Assembly (NCBI RefSeq): GCF_006345805.1 | Contig: NC_042997.1 | Location: 65,596,001-65,660,000, forward strand | Length of the DNA stretch: 64,000 bases | Direction of reading: 5' to 3' | Origin: Octopus sinensis | Taxonomy: Eukaryota | In this document: piece after piece, positions 1-13,409 of the stretch | How positions within the stretch are numbered: position 1 is the first letter of the stretch | How the letters are laid out: each line of letters begins with the position of its first letter | Program-made: the position numbers and the translations under genes | The notes under the pieces: generated by a model | What the model was told of the DNA's origin: nothing | Seen by the model: the letters and a program-made list of their open reading frames with translations, nothing else | Databases searched by the model: none

Positions 1-76
1 TCTCTAGAGGTACGCTACATTTATACCCTTCGAAGACCTTATACACACATACACACACACACATGTATGTATGTAT

Positions 77-119
<43 letters not shown>

Positions 120-278
120 TATATATACACGCGAATATCAGATGGCAAATGAATGAACGATTATTTTATTAACTCCATTATCTTACACTTGTTTCTGCTA
201 TAAGATGCATAGTTTAGTACCAGAGCAACACCTTATATAACCGGAGTCTAGAATACACACTCACACACACACACACAC

Positions 279-313
<35 letters not shown>

Positions 314-360
314 TATATATATATATATATATAATATATATATATATATATACATTCAGA

Positions 361-379
361 TAGATAGATAGATAGATAT

Positions 380-445
<66 letters not shown>

Positions 446-666
446 TTCTTTATTGCCCACAGGGGGATAAACACAGAGGGGACAAACAAGGACAAACAAT
501 GGGCTTAAGTCGGTTACATCGACCCCAGTGCGTAACTGGTACTTAATTTATCGACCCTGAAAGGATGAAAGGCAAAGTCGACCTCGGCGGAATATGAACT
601 CAGAACGTAACGACAGCCGAAATACCGGTAAGCATTTCGCCCGACGTGCTAACGATTCTGCCAGCT
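361..666 (-). mobile_element. tRNA-derived SINE, family A (cephalopod-type), with (TCTA)n 3' tail
   Basis: Reverse complement reads agctggcagaatcgttagcacg...gttctgagttcatattccgccgaggtcgactttgcctttcatcctttcagggtcgataaattaagtacc, with A-box/B-box-like head. Four more copies in the window (39141, 51855, 54892, 58140). Confidence 0.85.
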
Positions 667-727
667 ATAGATAGACAGATAACCTCTAGCTCAAACACAC
701 ACACACACACATACATCTATATATATG

Positions 728-787
<60 letters not shown>

Positions 788-3320
788 GACGCCTGTTTAG
801 ATTAGAACTCTAGCGACTGTGGTTTTGATACCTGGACCGAAATGCTCGTTGTGGCTTTGAGCAAAGCACTACACTTCACGATACCCTGCGATCTTCTCGG
901 CAGCTGATGTCTGGAACACTTTTGTACTTGTACACACAATTCCGATTTCATGGAGAGACAACCACTGAATGACATATTCTTACTTACCTACGCGAGTTTA
1001 GTCTCCTCATTCTTTCTCTTTTATGGAGAATTTATGGAGTTTCTGCTAGTCAATGATGTTTGGTCGTGTGGCACTTTAATCAGGCCCATTCAACTTATTC
1101 GAGTCCCCTTCAAATGAGTTATATAATCATTTCAGAATGAGTGATGTTCCTGTTCGCCTACTGTCAATAATATAGGTTTAAAGTTTGGTCCTTCATTCCC
1201 GTTGCTTTTATGCTATCAATTTCTTTATACCTAATCTAGACTTTTCTTGATATTAGAGGACCATCATACAAAAGAAACAATAGCTACATCTGGATTAAAT
1301 GCTTTTCACACAAATATGTACAGTCAAAGGAACTCTTTATTTCAAATTATTTATCCTTACATCGCTTCGCATTTATCTTCATATCTGTTTACCTTAGCAT
1401 AGAACAATTATTAACATATCACTTTTCCTGTATTTGTATAGTTTCTTGATGTTCTCGATTATTTCATTCGGAGATAGCAGAAGTGAATAATCATTTAAAC
1501 AAAGAAACTGAAGTGTGCAAATGAAATTTCATTGTCAGCCTTTGTATCTTTTGATCAATTACTAATCTATGTAAAAAGCTTCCGGTTAGAAGACATCTAA
1601 CAGTTGTCTATGTTATTGTTTGAATCCTGAAATATTAGGGGAAGTTGGCTACAATGTCGTCGAGTACTTAGCTTTACAAAATGAATCAAAATTATTAACT
1701 GCACTTGAATATATTTTGTATCTAACTGTATTCCTCCTGTATGTAAGTTAAGTATGTATAATCCTCATTCTTCGCTACTAGAAAGAAGTATTCTTATACA
1801 CATTCAGCGTATTTGAATACCGTAAACTAAAAGCAGTCAAGAACGAACGGCCAGCCTCAGATAAAGATTGAAAAACTAATCAATATCACATAAGAAGCTT
1901 CCAAGAGATGATGAAAGTAATATCATTGAAATTATTTGAAGGTGACAAGAAAATTCTAAAAGGGGTTTTGTTATATACGAAGACGAAAATCGATTTTAAT
2001 TTGTTCCCAAATGTGCTAGTGCAAACAAAGAAAGAACAGCTGAATGAATGAAAGAAAGAGAAATGCAATTTATAAGCCTATTTCTAATAGTATGCTTAAG
2101 TAATAAATGTTAATTAAAGTGTATAATGGGACAAATAATTATTGTTGTAAGCTACACCGTAAACTAGAAGTAGTTACTGCAGATCACAGAGGATAACTTC
2201 TGTCAATACTCTTCTCAGCTTAAATTAAATAAATTCCATCCTATTCATGATAACGCCACCTGCAGACACATTGGAACAGTCTAAATTCTTTTCTGATGAA
2301 TATGTTTTAAGATCATTTTAAGCTGCACCCTCTAGACAAGTTAAGTTTGAGGTCATCTTCTGCTGAATTCGTATATAGATAATACTTTCAATTATTGCTC
2401 AAATAGAACATATAACAAAAATGCTGATATATTTTATATACATATGTATGTATATACACGTGTTTATCACAAAAGATTCAACTATCGATGTTAATCAGTA
2501 CAGAGTTAAACACAAAAGGAAAATAAAAGCATATAGATATCACTAAGAAGAAAAGTATTAAATCACTTTCACATTAATTTCATACATAAATCAGAATTAC
2601 ATATACGTGTGTCTGTGTGTGTGTGAGTGTGTGTGTGTGTGTGCGTGTGTGTGCGTGTGTGTGAGTCTGTGTGTGTATGGCATATGTCCCACAATAAAAA
2701 AAATAGTCGTTATTATCATGCATGGCTATATATTCTATAGCATAGATTGTCAGAAATAGTAAATTTTCCCCTAGATAGGTTACTCGAGTCAGGTTACTGA
2801 TTCGGGTTACCTATCCTCTCTACTTTCTTATTTGCCTTATAGATCCTGGGTAAATCTCCAATTTACCCCTACCCATACCTAGTATTCAATTGCAATATTG
2901 CTATGCAATAGTAAGCACTTGGTTAAAAATAGGTAGGTACACATCCAGTAGAAAATTGTAAATTTTCCCCTGGATAGGTTACTCACAGTCTTTGCAGTGT
3001 GCCTTATTCTTGAATAGATGGTGATCTACTATTCAAAAACGTCGAATCTCCTGTCTTTGATACAGTTACATATGGATACATATAAGTTAATGTAGAGGCA
3101 AACATAAGGATATTTTTTAAGTGCAAAATGCTCACTAGAGCATTTTTATTGTGTGGGGGCGGGCTGCCCCCTCCAAATAATCGCTTGATAACTACTGTGT
3201 TTATATCCTCGTAATTTACCGGTTTGGCAAAAGGCACTGATAGAATAAGTCCTAGGTCGATTTCTTTAAGGCAGTACCCCAACACTGCCGCAGCCAAATG
3301 ATTGAAATACGCAAAATAAG

Positions 3321-3382
<62 letters not shown>

Positions 3383-3439
3383 ATATATATGAAAGAAATA
3401 ATTAAGATTCAGTTGAATTAGGTACTTCACTTGAGACAC

Positions 3440-3744
3440 CAAGAGTGAGTTTTCCGGGTTGCTGTACCTTCATAATCCCCATTAGACTCATCCAGCTCTT
3501 TCTGAATCCTCTGTACTATCCCCACATTGACACCCAAACACTCTGAAATGTTTGTACTGGAGATTCCGGCGCGAATGCTTAGCAGTACAGCATGTCATTT
3601 CTAAATTTCTTGCAGAGTGAATTGCATCATAGAGCTGCTTTTTTCACAGACGGTGCCCAACTGACCCTCATATTCAAAATCAAAAAATGCGAACTCGCGA
3701 AATCAAAAATATTAAAATGGTGACAATTTACCCATCGCATCCTA
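3440..3744 (-). mobile_element. Tc1/mariner-superfamily transposon, 5' fragment (transposase N-terminus)
   Basis: Minus-strand translation ...LLSIRAG...VQRIQKELDESNGDYEGTATRKTHS resembles the N-terminal HTH region of Tc1-like/maT-type transposases. TIR-like end near 3744. Confidence 0.7.
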
Positions 3745-3764
3745 TATATGTGTGTATGTGTGCG

Positions 3765-3995
3765 TAAATGTAATATGTGACAATTATACGATAGCCATGA
3801 TAAAACTCCGAGTTTCGGATGTCGGCACGGAAATTCACGCCGCCATCTCTACAGTTATCCGGGCATCGGAAAAAATCTTACAGTTTTTTCTGATGCCCGG
3901 ATAACTGTAGAGATGGCGGCGTGGATTTCCGCCCCCGACATCCGAAACTCGGAGTTTTATCATGGCTATTGAATAATTGTCACATATTACATTTA
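3765..3995. repeat. Foldback/hairpin element, ~111-bp inverted arms with 8-nt loop (MITE-like)
   Basis: taaatgtaatatgtgacaattat...gggcatcggaaaaaa / tcttacag / ttttttctgatgccc...ataattgtcacatattacattta; the arms are near-perfect reverse complements. Confidence 0.9.
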
Positions 3996-5982
3996 AAGAT
4001 AAATTCTTCTATTTACATGATATCGAGGTCTTTTGTTGTCTTACCATTTCTATCAACATATGTATATATATAACATTTCCGCTGAACGGAACCACAGTCC
4101 GTCGCACGGTTACCCATTTACAAACAAGTGGCTGGGACAATGTAAAATTAACTGTTTTGCTCAAGAACACATCACACGGCCAGTCTAGGAATTAAAACAA
4201 AACCTTGCGATTGTGAATGCGTCACTCTAACCACTCGGCCACGCACATTCATACATATGTACAGGAGATTTTGGCCGACGTTTTATCGATTCTGCACTTC
4301 AGCCACTACTGTATCTGGTGGGGCGTAGGGACTATCCGCCACGGGCGGCATTTTCAAAGGAGCACTACTTTTGGGTCTGCTGTAAGTAATATGTATTTTT
4401 TGTGGGGGCCGCCGTTTGGACGTGCCAGACACAAGAATACATATTCCAATTCTTCGTCCTTGATAAATCTGCTACATGCAATTTGAGTTGTACATTTGTT
4501 ACTGGTATGCTAGACATGGCTTGTTAATAAATTTTATTCCATTGAATTTATGTCCTAAATGATGAAATCAATTATTTTCAAAAAATTATTTCTGATAAAA
4601 ATAGGACAGAAATTTTAATTGATTAATTTATAAGTCGGATAGTTAACATAACTACGGATGTATTTTAGTATTAATGCAACTTATCAGAAAAATGTAGTCT
4701 AACTACCTCTGCCGGTGTTAGAATCACATGGAACGTATCTAAAATATTTTGTAAGTGAATACGTAAACGATTGACTGAAAAAAAGGGCCTGGAGACGCCT
4801 GCTTGATGGAAACTTTATAATAAAAGGGAAGCTAACCTACTTAATGTTGCAATCCAAGAAATTTTAAACAATAGTGGTGAGAATTTATCTAAAAACACCG
4901 AAAGTCTAATTAAACACCGAAATGTTGATAAATTAAACATAAATAGCAAATGCATGAGAAGACTGTCTCATTTTTAATGGTTGTCGTCCGAGCCATACTG
5001 ACTAGACTTTTAGTCATCTTAACTAATTATAACTATCGTTAATTATATTTATAGGTTATTTATACGCTTTGTTTACTACATGAATGGTAGCACCAGCTTT
5101 TTATATTACAAGCAAGTTCAGTGTGTAAACAAGGCTATATATTTCAGTTTTAAAAGCTGGTGAATTCTTGGAATTTCCACATTTTATTAACATTCTTATT
5201 TCTATGTTGATTCATTAATTTATAACATCATATATTAGCGACAGAGGCAGGATCAATACCAAGAGCTAATCTTTATCCCCACTTAAACGTGGATGTAATA
5301 TTTGTTCTAATAGAACATCCAACTTAAAGTGGCGATAAGTATTACTTCGTAACATTATTTCGTTATGAGCTGGCTGAATCGTTAGTGTCGAAACATCTGC
5401 GACATATGTTGAAATCCATACATTCTGAGCTCAAAACCGGCCTTGATTAACCTTAACCTTTATTATCAAGGGTTTAAATAATAAAGTATTAGGTTAACGG
5501 CTTCAAGTATATGTCTCTCACCAAAATTGCTGGTCTTATGCCTAAATGAGAAATATAATATTATTATGAGAAGGATTTCAATTTTGTCTTCAATTTCATT
5601 ATATATTTGAGGCTATAAGTAGTGTAACACTCGAACTTGTATCATTACCTTGAAGATCTTCAGCTGTTTCATCTATTCAGTCCTGCAGTTAAGCATGTAC
5701 ATTATCAAGCTGAATATGTTTATAAATAATTGATTTCAAGAATGACTATATCTCATAATCCTAGGTAATCATTGTAAAGAGTTTGTTTCAGTATTTTACT
5801 TATGTTACGACACAAGCAAGTGTGCCAGTAAAGAAAAAAATAAAGGCATATGAGACACAGAAAATAATACAAATAGCTTTGATATCATTTATGAAAGATC
5901 AGAATAAATCAAACGCAGCGACCAATTGATCGATCAAATGGCTGTTTAAGCATCACTGATTTGAGACAAAAGGCAACAGCAA

Positions 5983-6016
5983 CAAAAACAACAATAATAA
6001 CAACAACAACAACAAC

Positions 6017-6061
<45 letters not shown>

Positions 6062-6340
6062 TAATAATAATAATAACAATGATGATGATGATGACGACGA
6101 CGACGATGAGGATGATGATGATGACGACGACGACGAGGACGATGATGATGGTGAAGATGAGGACCATGATGATCATGATCATGATCATGATGATAATGAT
6201 GATGATAATCATCATGACGACGACGACGATGATGATGATGATTAAAAGAAGAAGAGGAAGAAGAAGAAGACGAAAAGAAGAAAAGAAGAAGAAGGAGAAA
6301 AAGGAGGAGAAGAAGGGGAGAAAGAGGAGGAGGAGGAGAT
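5983..6340. repeat. Compound trinucleotide microsatellite (CAA/TAA/GAT/GAC/GAA/GGA)
   Basis: Directly visible; it generates the spurious poly-amino-acid ORFs in the track. Confidence 0.95.
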
Positions 6341-6341
6341 T

Positions 6342-6614
6342 GTAAGATCATAGATGCCAAAAAAGAGGGTTAATTGGGAGAAGTATCAGGTCGTAGCCAG
6401 AGAGATGAAATATTGTAGAATTATGATGATTATTCCTCAGGTAATTGGTTCGATTGTCACAATACCCAAACTACTACATGAGAAGCTGATGAATATTGGA
6501 ATTCAGACTGACGTTATCGACCTGAAGAACAGTGCAAAAATACTAAGAAAGATTACTGAGATTCGAAGAGAGCTTTTGTTAACAAACCTCAAGTGCACAT
6601 CCTTGCTAAATACG

Positions 6615-6615
<1 letters not shown>
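6342..6615 (+). mobile_element. R4/Dong-type non-LTR retrotransposon, 3' fragment (RLE C-terminus and 3' UTR)
   Basis: ORF 6354-6620 EKYQVVAREMK...IPQVIGSIVTIPK...KNSAKILRKI matches the C-terminus of restriction-like-endonuclease retrotransposons; ends in (TAA)n. Confidence 0.75.
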
Positions 6616-6677
<62 letters not shown>

Positions 6678-6812
6678 TGATGATGATGATGATGATGATA
6701 GCAACAGCAACAACAACAATGGTAATAATAGCAACAGCAACAACAACAATGATAATAATAGCAACAGCAACAACAACAATGATAATAATAACAATAATAA
6801 TAACAACCATAA
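6616..6812. repeat. (TAA)n/(TGA)n/(CAA)n microsatellite with 30-bp periodic sub-repeat
   Basis: Directly visible; aatgataataatagcaacagcaacaacaac-type unit repeated about three times. Confidence 0.95.
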
Positions 6813-6819
6813 TAAGATG

Positions 6820-9526
6820 AATAGCTCCGGGCTAAATAACAACATGGATGTACACTAAAAGTTCTCTCCACAAAACAAAGAATCCAATAACATGGGTGCG
6901 ATGGAGGAAAAACTTCGCAATACAACTGTGGAAAAAGTTCTGTTAAGACAAAAGAACTAAAATATCGGAAATATTTTTGTTACATAACGTGTGGTTTCTT
7001 TCTTACGTGTGCAATATACCTGAGAAGTCGAAACTAGCACCAGGAACCCTGGAAAAGTACCCCAATTACAATAAATTAAACAATTAGCTATATATACAAC
7101 TGTCTATGCATCCATTTGCACAAGCTAATATTTATAAGCAACATAAATAATCCGTACACAACACACACGTACAAACATAGAATATAAAAGGAAAACGTGT
7201 TACGAATGAGGCCGGACCAAACAAAAATAAAGCGACTTCCCACCGACAAATAAAAGAAGGATCAAATTAGCTACTCAGTTTAAAACATCACTAAACAGTT
7301 ATACCCGGAAACATAGCTACCAAAAAATAGAGGTGATTTTCGATCTATCAGCCTACGATATGACAAATATATCCATTCGAAGAAATCGGTGTCATGTCAG
7401 AAAGTCAACTCTGAACAAACAGACCCGTCTCTTATTGTCACCGTCAATGCTTTAATGACAAGCTAAAAGTCATGCCGGTTCGGTCATCGTCGTGGGCAAC
7501 AAGGACTGCGTTACCGAGTAGGGAACCACACTGGGACGAAAAATCTGCTGCTATAACAAACTCTCAAAAAAACGATCTACAAGGTAACCAGAACCAGGAT
7601 AATCCCAACCCTAGACCTGTAGTGACGCCACAAAAATACCACGTAAAGCAAACTTCATAAGATGGAATATAGAGGATTATTGAGATGCGTTGAAAGCTTT
7701 CTATACAACCCAACTAAACCCAAACAATAACCTTATTGAACAAACATACATTTCATGGAGAAACTTAGTAGGCAACGAAATATGCAAATATTTAGATGCA
7801 AATAAATTAAGCAATGTACGTAGAGACATCATTAGCAATAAAATGTTAACTGACGCTTAAATTAGCCAAATATCTCATGGTAGACCAAATGGAAACAGCA
7901 ACAATGTAGATAAAATAGGTAACAGATGCACAGATAAAAGATAATAAATAACAGGTAACAGGTAACAGATGTACAGAATCCAGTTTACGAGCAGTACATC
8001 CCAACGATGAAGCAGAAGCCAGAATAGCGAAGAAAAGATATGTGAAAAAAGAGGAAAAAGTAGACCTACCTCAAAACCACCAGAATAGATATGACACAGA
8101 ACGGAAGGTGAATAATAAAGAGATCATAGAAGCAAAAGATATTATGAAAGGACTCAACAAAACTGAGTTTACTGACATGATCAATAGAGAACCGCTACCA
8201 TAGTTCTCACACAGCATAAATAAACAACATAATCGTGATATATATTGTTGCTCTTAGACAGGTCTTAATAAATAAGGGAAATGACCTAACAACCTTAAAT
8301 AACCTCATCTAATCCACTGCTAAAATTGTGACTACTCAGCTAGGTATCAAGACGACATGGAAAAGGACCAACCATATCAATAGACCTCGTATCTGGAAAG
8401 TAGCAATACAAAAAGATATCGAAATTCTGCGGGCAGGTGTATCAGTTCTAGATTAACTTGCTAGAAACGAAACAAGCTAGAAAAACCAAGCAAAAATATA
8501 AAATGAAAGATTTTATAAACCTCCCTGCAATCAAGAAAATAGTGAAACAGGGAATACAACTGAAAATCCAACGACTTAGATGGTATGATAAAAGAATAAA
8601 ATTTTATCGACAAAGCAAGGTATTCAAGACAGATGGAAAGAAATTTTATAGGGAAATTGGCAAAAGTAAGATAGAAGTAAAGGAGCCAACTAAGACTGAG
8701 GAAATGGAAGAGTTCTTGAAGAAGATATGGAGCAATAAAAAAGTATATATAGTTCACTCGCTAAAACGTGAGAAAGTGAGAATGTAAAAGGAAATCTTAT
8801 GGGTGAAACGATCAATTACTCTTAAATAAAATGATTCTAGAAAACTGACGGGGCGAAAAGAACCTGAGTATGACATAGATAGATTACATGAAAGCATTTT
8901 GAGAGTGCCTCACGTGATTGGCAACTCAGGACACTTGAGATCTCTCCTATCATCATCAAATTCTTACAAGATAGCATGGCCAATTGGAACACACGCCTCC
9001 TTTTAAACCATAGAAATGAAATGAACCAATCTAACAACATCAACATCAAACGAGGCATCTTTCAAGGTGACTTCCTCTCCCTGTTACTCTTTTGTATGGC
9101 ACTTATCCCACTCTCAAACGAACTGAGTAACACCAGGTATGGGTTCAAAATGCATAATATTGTAGTAAATCATGTTTTATATGGGAAATCTGAAGATGTT
9201 TACTAGAAATGACGAAAAGCTAATTGGACTGTTGACAAATGCTAGAGTTCAGCAATGAAGTCGGGATAGATTTGGACCTTGATAAGTGTGCTAAAGCAAC
9301 TTTTGTAAGAGGCAAGCTCAAGTAAACAGCTTCCATTAAATTGGATACCGACATTACCATCAAGAAGCTTACCCCACAAGAAAGTTTTAAATACCGGGGA
9401 ATAAGCGAAGGAGATGGTTTACAACATGCTACTATGAGAACTGTCCCTCTTATTGTAGGTACCCTGCTCTCACAAAATCTACCAGAACAAACAAGACCGA
9501 ACTTTCTGAGAAGTAAAATGATAATA

Positions 9527-9530
<4 letters not shown>
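6820..9530 (+). mobile_element. Decayed R4/Dong-type non-LTR retrotransposon (5' region to RT domain)
   Basis: Fragments RWNIEDY..YLDANKLSNVRRDII (~7670-7850), QRLRWYDKRIKFYRQSKVFKTDGKKFYREIGK (8458-8787) and RT motif IKRGIFQGDFLSLLLFCMALIPLS (8976-9206). Many stops and frameshifts; flanked by (TAA)n on both sides. Confidence 0.85.
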
Positions 9531-9557
<27 letters not shown>

Positions 9558-9609
9558 TATCATTATTATTGTTATTATTATTATTATTATTATTATATTA
9601 TTATTATTA

Positions 9610-9643
<34 letters not shown>

Positions 9644-9672
9644 TTATTATTATTATTATTATTATTATTATC
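9520..9672. repeat. Inverted microsatellite: (TAA)n switching to (TTA)n
   Basis: The strand of the trinucleotide repeat flips at about 9555. Confidence 0.9.
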
Positions 9673-10323
9673 ATTCACATTTCTCTGTGGCAGCAGAAAC
9701 GAAACAATCTCACATATTGTGAGTGAGTATAGCAAGCCGGCCCAAAAGCACTGCAAAAAGGAGGCACGTTATCGTACGGCCTAAACAGAGCACGAAAATG
9801 GTACGAACATGAACCAGAAGGAGTTACCGATAACAAGGAACATAAGATACTGTGTGATCTGACAATAAAATGTGACTCCCTAATCGTGTCTCGGAAACCA
9901 GATATTGTTGTGGTAGATAGGGAAATATGGAAGCCAAGATCATAGATATTGCAATAGCTGGAGATGCACGCAAAAGTGGCAAAGAACTAGAAAAGACTGA
10001 AAAGTAGAGACTACTAAACGACGAAATTCCAAGAATGTGGTTTATGAGGAGAGTGTCTGTCATTCCAGTAACTGTAGGGACACTTGGAGCACTAATAACC
10101 AAGCTTGAGAAATTTGTCAAACCATCGGAATTGACATGCGAGCAGAGCAAGCCCAAAACACTGCTCTGCTGGGGACAGCTAGGATTTTGAGATTGGCACT
10201 TGGGCGTCCAATGTCTCCCACGATAATTAGCCACCAAGTATCAAAACTTACAATGTGTGGGAAAAGATTTGTGAGACCTCTGACAGAACAAATAAGACCG
10301 AATGTTCTGAGAAGTAGAACGAA
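9673..10323 (+). mobile_element. R4/Dong-type retrotransposon 3' part (CCHC knuckle remnant, RLE, 3' UTR)
   Basis: LCGSRNETISHIVSE, KWYEHEPEGV, PDIVVVDRE, IIDIAIAGD, RAEQAQNTALLGTARILRLAL; followed by (TAA)n at 10323-10460. Confidence 0.85.
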
Positions 10324-10451
<128 letters not shown>

Positions 10452-12562
10452 TAATAATAATAATAAAAATGATAATAATGATGATATTAATAATGCTGAT
10501 GATATTGTTGCCCACCATTTTCTTTCGATGGGTAAAGTAAAGTAAAATGCGACTCAGATACGAAGTTCTTTCGTGTGCACTGTATTTTCATGTTATAACG
10601 CCTTCAGATTATTGCTCTTGAACAGTCTGTGAGTTGTTTTGTTCAACATCGACGTGGAGTTTAAAACGTGACTTAATGAATTCTTCAAAACCCAGTTATT
10701 TCTACTATCATGCCATTGATACCGCTGGCAAGAAGTTGTAAGCAATGAAGCTGAATATATTATGGACTAATTGACGGAGCTTTTAACATAGTTGATGAAA
10801 AATAAGTATTAAAAGATAAATGGAAAGAAATCTGACCGCCCAATACATGTGTGTGTACGTGTGTGTATGTGTGTGTACGTGTGTGTATGTGTGTGTACGC
10901 GTGTGTGTATGTGTGTGTGCGCGTGTGTGTTGGCTATGGGTTTTGGGCGATTTACTGCTTCACATTCACTTTGCAGTTAAGTGTGTCCGTATACTTTTAC
11001 AGGGGCGAATATGTGAACACTTATGTGCCCATTTGCATGTATGTATATGTATGTGCATGCACGAGTTTATTTTTATGACTCTAGTTCTTGTTTTGTGTAT
11101 ATTCATTAGTGAGTTGGGGTATGTTTTCGCGTATGCGTCTATGTATCTTTATGCTTTGTGAGTGATATGTTTACATATTTTTCATTGAGAGTGTTCCTTT
11201 AATTCGAAGCGATATAATGAGTTATTTAAGAACGAAAACTTCCTCTGGAATATCAATAGTGTGTTCACCCTCAACCCTCTTCGCATACCATTTCTTATTT
11301 TCCATAGCTATTTTTCTTCTCCTTTTCCTATTCATCCCTCCGTTTGCTTCATTTCTTTCTTACACACATTTTCTCTTTTCACAAACTTAACATGAAACCG
11401 CTTTCTGGTTGAGAAGCACAAAATATATTTTAATTGGTTTACAATAAATTTTCTTTCAATGTCGGGTTGTAAATTCAACTCTTGTTTCTCATCAAAGTTT
11501 TTGTTTATTTCGGGTAATTGGCGTTTAGAACGTTTCGTTACACTTCATCATCATAAACTAATGCTGAAAATTTTGGCAAACATTTCTAACCATATTTCAT
11601 TATCCGTCCGTCATTAATGTAAATGAGAAATGCCTTGGAGCTATTTGTGAGAATGCGCTTTGGTTTATGCATTTATTCATTTCTTTTCGACAGAAGTCGA
11701 TCTCATCACAGTGGACCGGCAAACGTGTTGCACGGAATTCGACATTCCTTCATGAAATCCGTTTGCGCCTCTTTTCGGAACTAACCTGCTGCCAAATAGA
11801 CATAGCAAAATAAACTCACTCCGTATTACCCGGTGCTACTGTTTGCTGCAACTGCATCGAGAAGTTTATAACCACACAATTTAAAACAGACGAACTTACG
11901 ACTCCGTTCTATCCATTAATCTTTCGTCAATAACTCCAGTTAATACGGCAGAAATATGTTGATATTTTGTGCCCCTGCTAAATACATTATAGCACCATAA
12001 CTACTTTAGCTATTGAAGTTGTGATTTGTGGTTCATGTTCACTTATGCGTTACGTATTTCCCCGCAGCACTAATAACAGAAAACCAAATTGTCTCCAAAG
12101 TACACCTTAACAGAATTCGAATCTCTACAGCATTTAGCATTCACACTGAATTATGTCTTTGGTTGTCATAGAGACATTTCATCTACCTTTTTCCTATTTT
12201 CGCCTTCGTTAGCAAGTTCTTACCAATCTTTGACCGCTTCAAAACCTTTCAGATTGTCCATTCTCCTACCACATATCCATGTACTGCAAAAACACACAAA
12301 AGCATCTAAAGAAACTACTTAGTCGAATCCCTTCCAGTTTCATGTGAGATGTTCATAAGAGAAAACTACTGACTACTCTTCAAAGACAATGAGAACTAGT
12401 AATTTAAATTGATTCATGCAGTGTGGTTATATATTGTTTAATTAAATACATAACCTATTTACGCATTATACGCAAATTAGGAGAGAACATTTATGTTACT
12501 TCTGATAAGCTACTCATGGACATGGACACACACACGCACCCTGACACGCGCGCGCGCGCGCG

Positions 12563-12598
<36 letters not shown>

Positions 12599-12619
12599 AC
12601 ACACACACACACATACACA

Positions 12620-13035
12620 TACGAGGTGGTATCAAAAAGTTCCTGGACTAGTTCTGCAATGCGCCAGCAGAGGGCAGCAAACGCTTGTGTGCACAATGAG
12701 AGCTACCAGTGAAATTTTCCTGAGGCTATGTGCAGACAGACATTGCTGAGTTTACTGCGGAAAAATGTGTAATTTGTGTTTATGTGATCAGGTGTATGCT
12801 GTAGTCAGCTATTTTTGTCATGGAGCAGGCACTGAGCATGCATCGGGAAGCTTACGGTGACGAAGCAATGGGTCGTACGCAATGTTTCGACTGGCATGGG
12901 CACACGACAGGGCCGCAGCTCGATGAAAAGCATGCTCGTCATCTTTTCCGACATCCACAGTATTATGCATGGTGAACTTGTCCACCAGGACCAGATCGTC
13001 AATCGAAAATTCTGCTGCGACGTTTTAAAGCATTT
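12620..13035 (+). mobile_element. Internally deleted, 3'-truncated mariner element
   Basis: Starts TA-cgaggtggtatcaaaaagttcc (mariner-type TIR). AYGDEAMGRTQCFDWH is fused directly to KSMLVIFSDIHSIMHGELVHQDQIVNRKFCCDVLKHL. Confidence 0.8.
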
Positions 13036-13064
13036 AAATGCTTTAAAACGTCGCAGCAGAATTT
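13007..13064. repeat. Perfect 58-bp zero-spacer palindrome at the mariner break point
   Basis: aaattctgctgcgacgttttaaagcattt|aaatgctttaaaacgtcgcagcagaattt. Confidence 0.95.
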
Positions 13065-13409
13065 ATGCCGTCTTTGTCAAGTGAAAATATCCCACCGCTC
13101 TGGTGGAAATATCTTTACAATTGAATTGTGGGTAGAAAGTGAATAGCAAAAGATTAATGCTCTGTTTAGAGAAAATTAGAAATAATAGTTAGTAAAGCGA
13201 CTGCTTGCACGAGTAACGAAAGGAGGAGTGTGAAGTGTATTTGTGGCCTAAATTGTAGGCAGTTAGCTATTTCGAAAGAACAGGGACCATCGTAGTAACT
13301 ATTGGCTAATCAGAATAACGAGACACTTGGTTTATGTCCAGCAGATTGTAGGCTGGTGTGGTGACTTCTTGCTACTGATAATTTTGGTGGTCTTGATTCT
13401 TTGTATGTA

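Noticed and set aside
11690-11810. Possible host exon after a ttttcgacag acceptor
   Set aside because: Short frame with no recognisable similarity and no clear donor; cannot be supported without RNA-seq.
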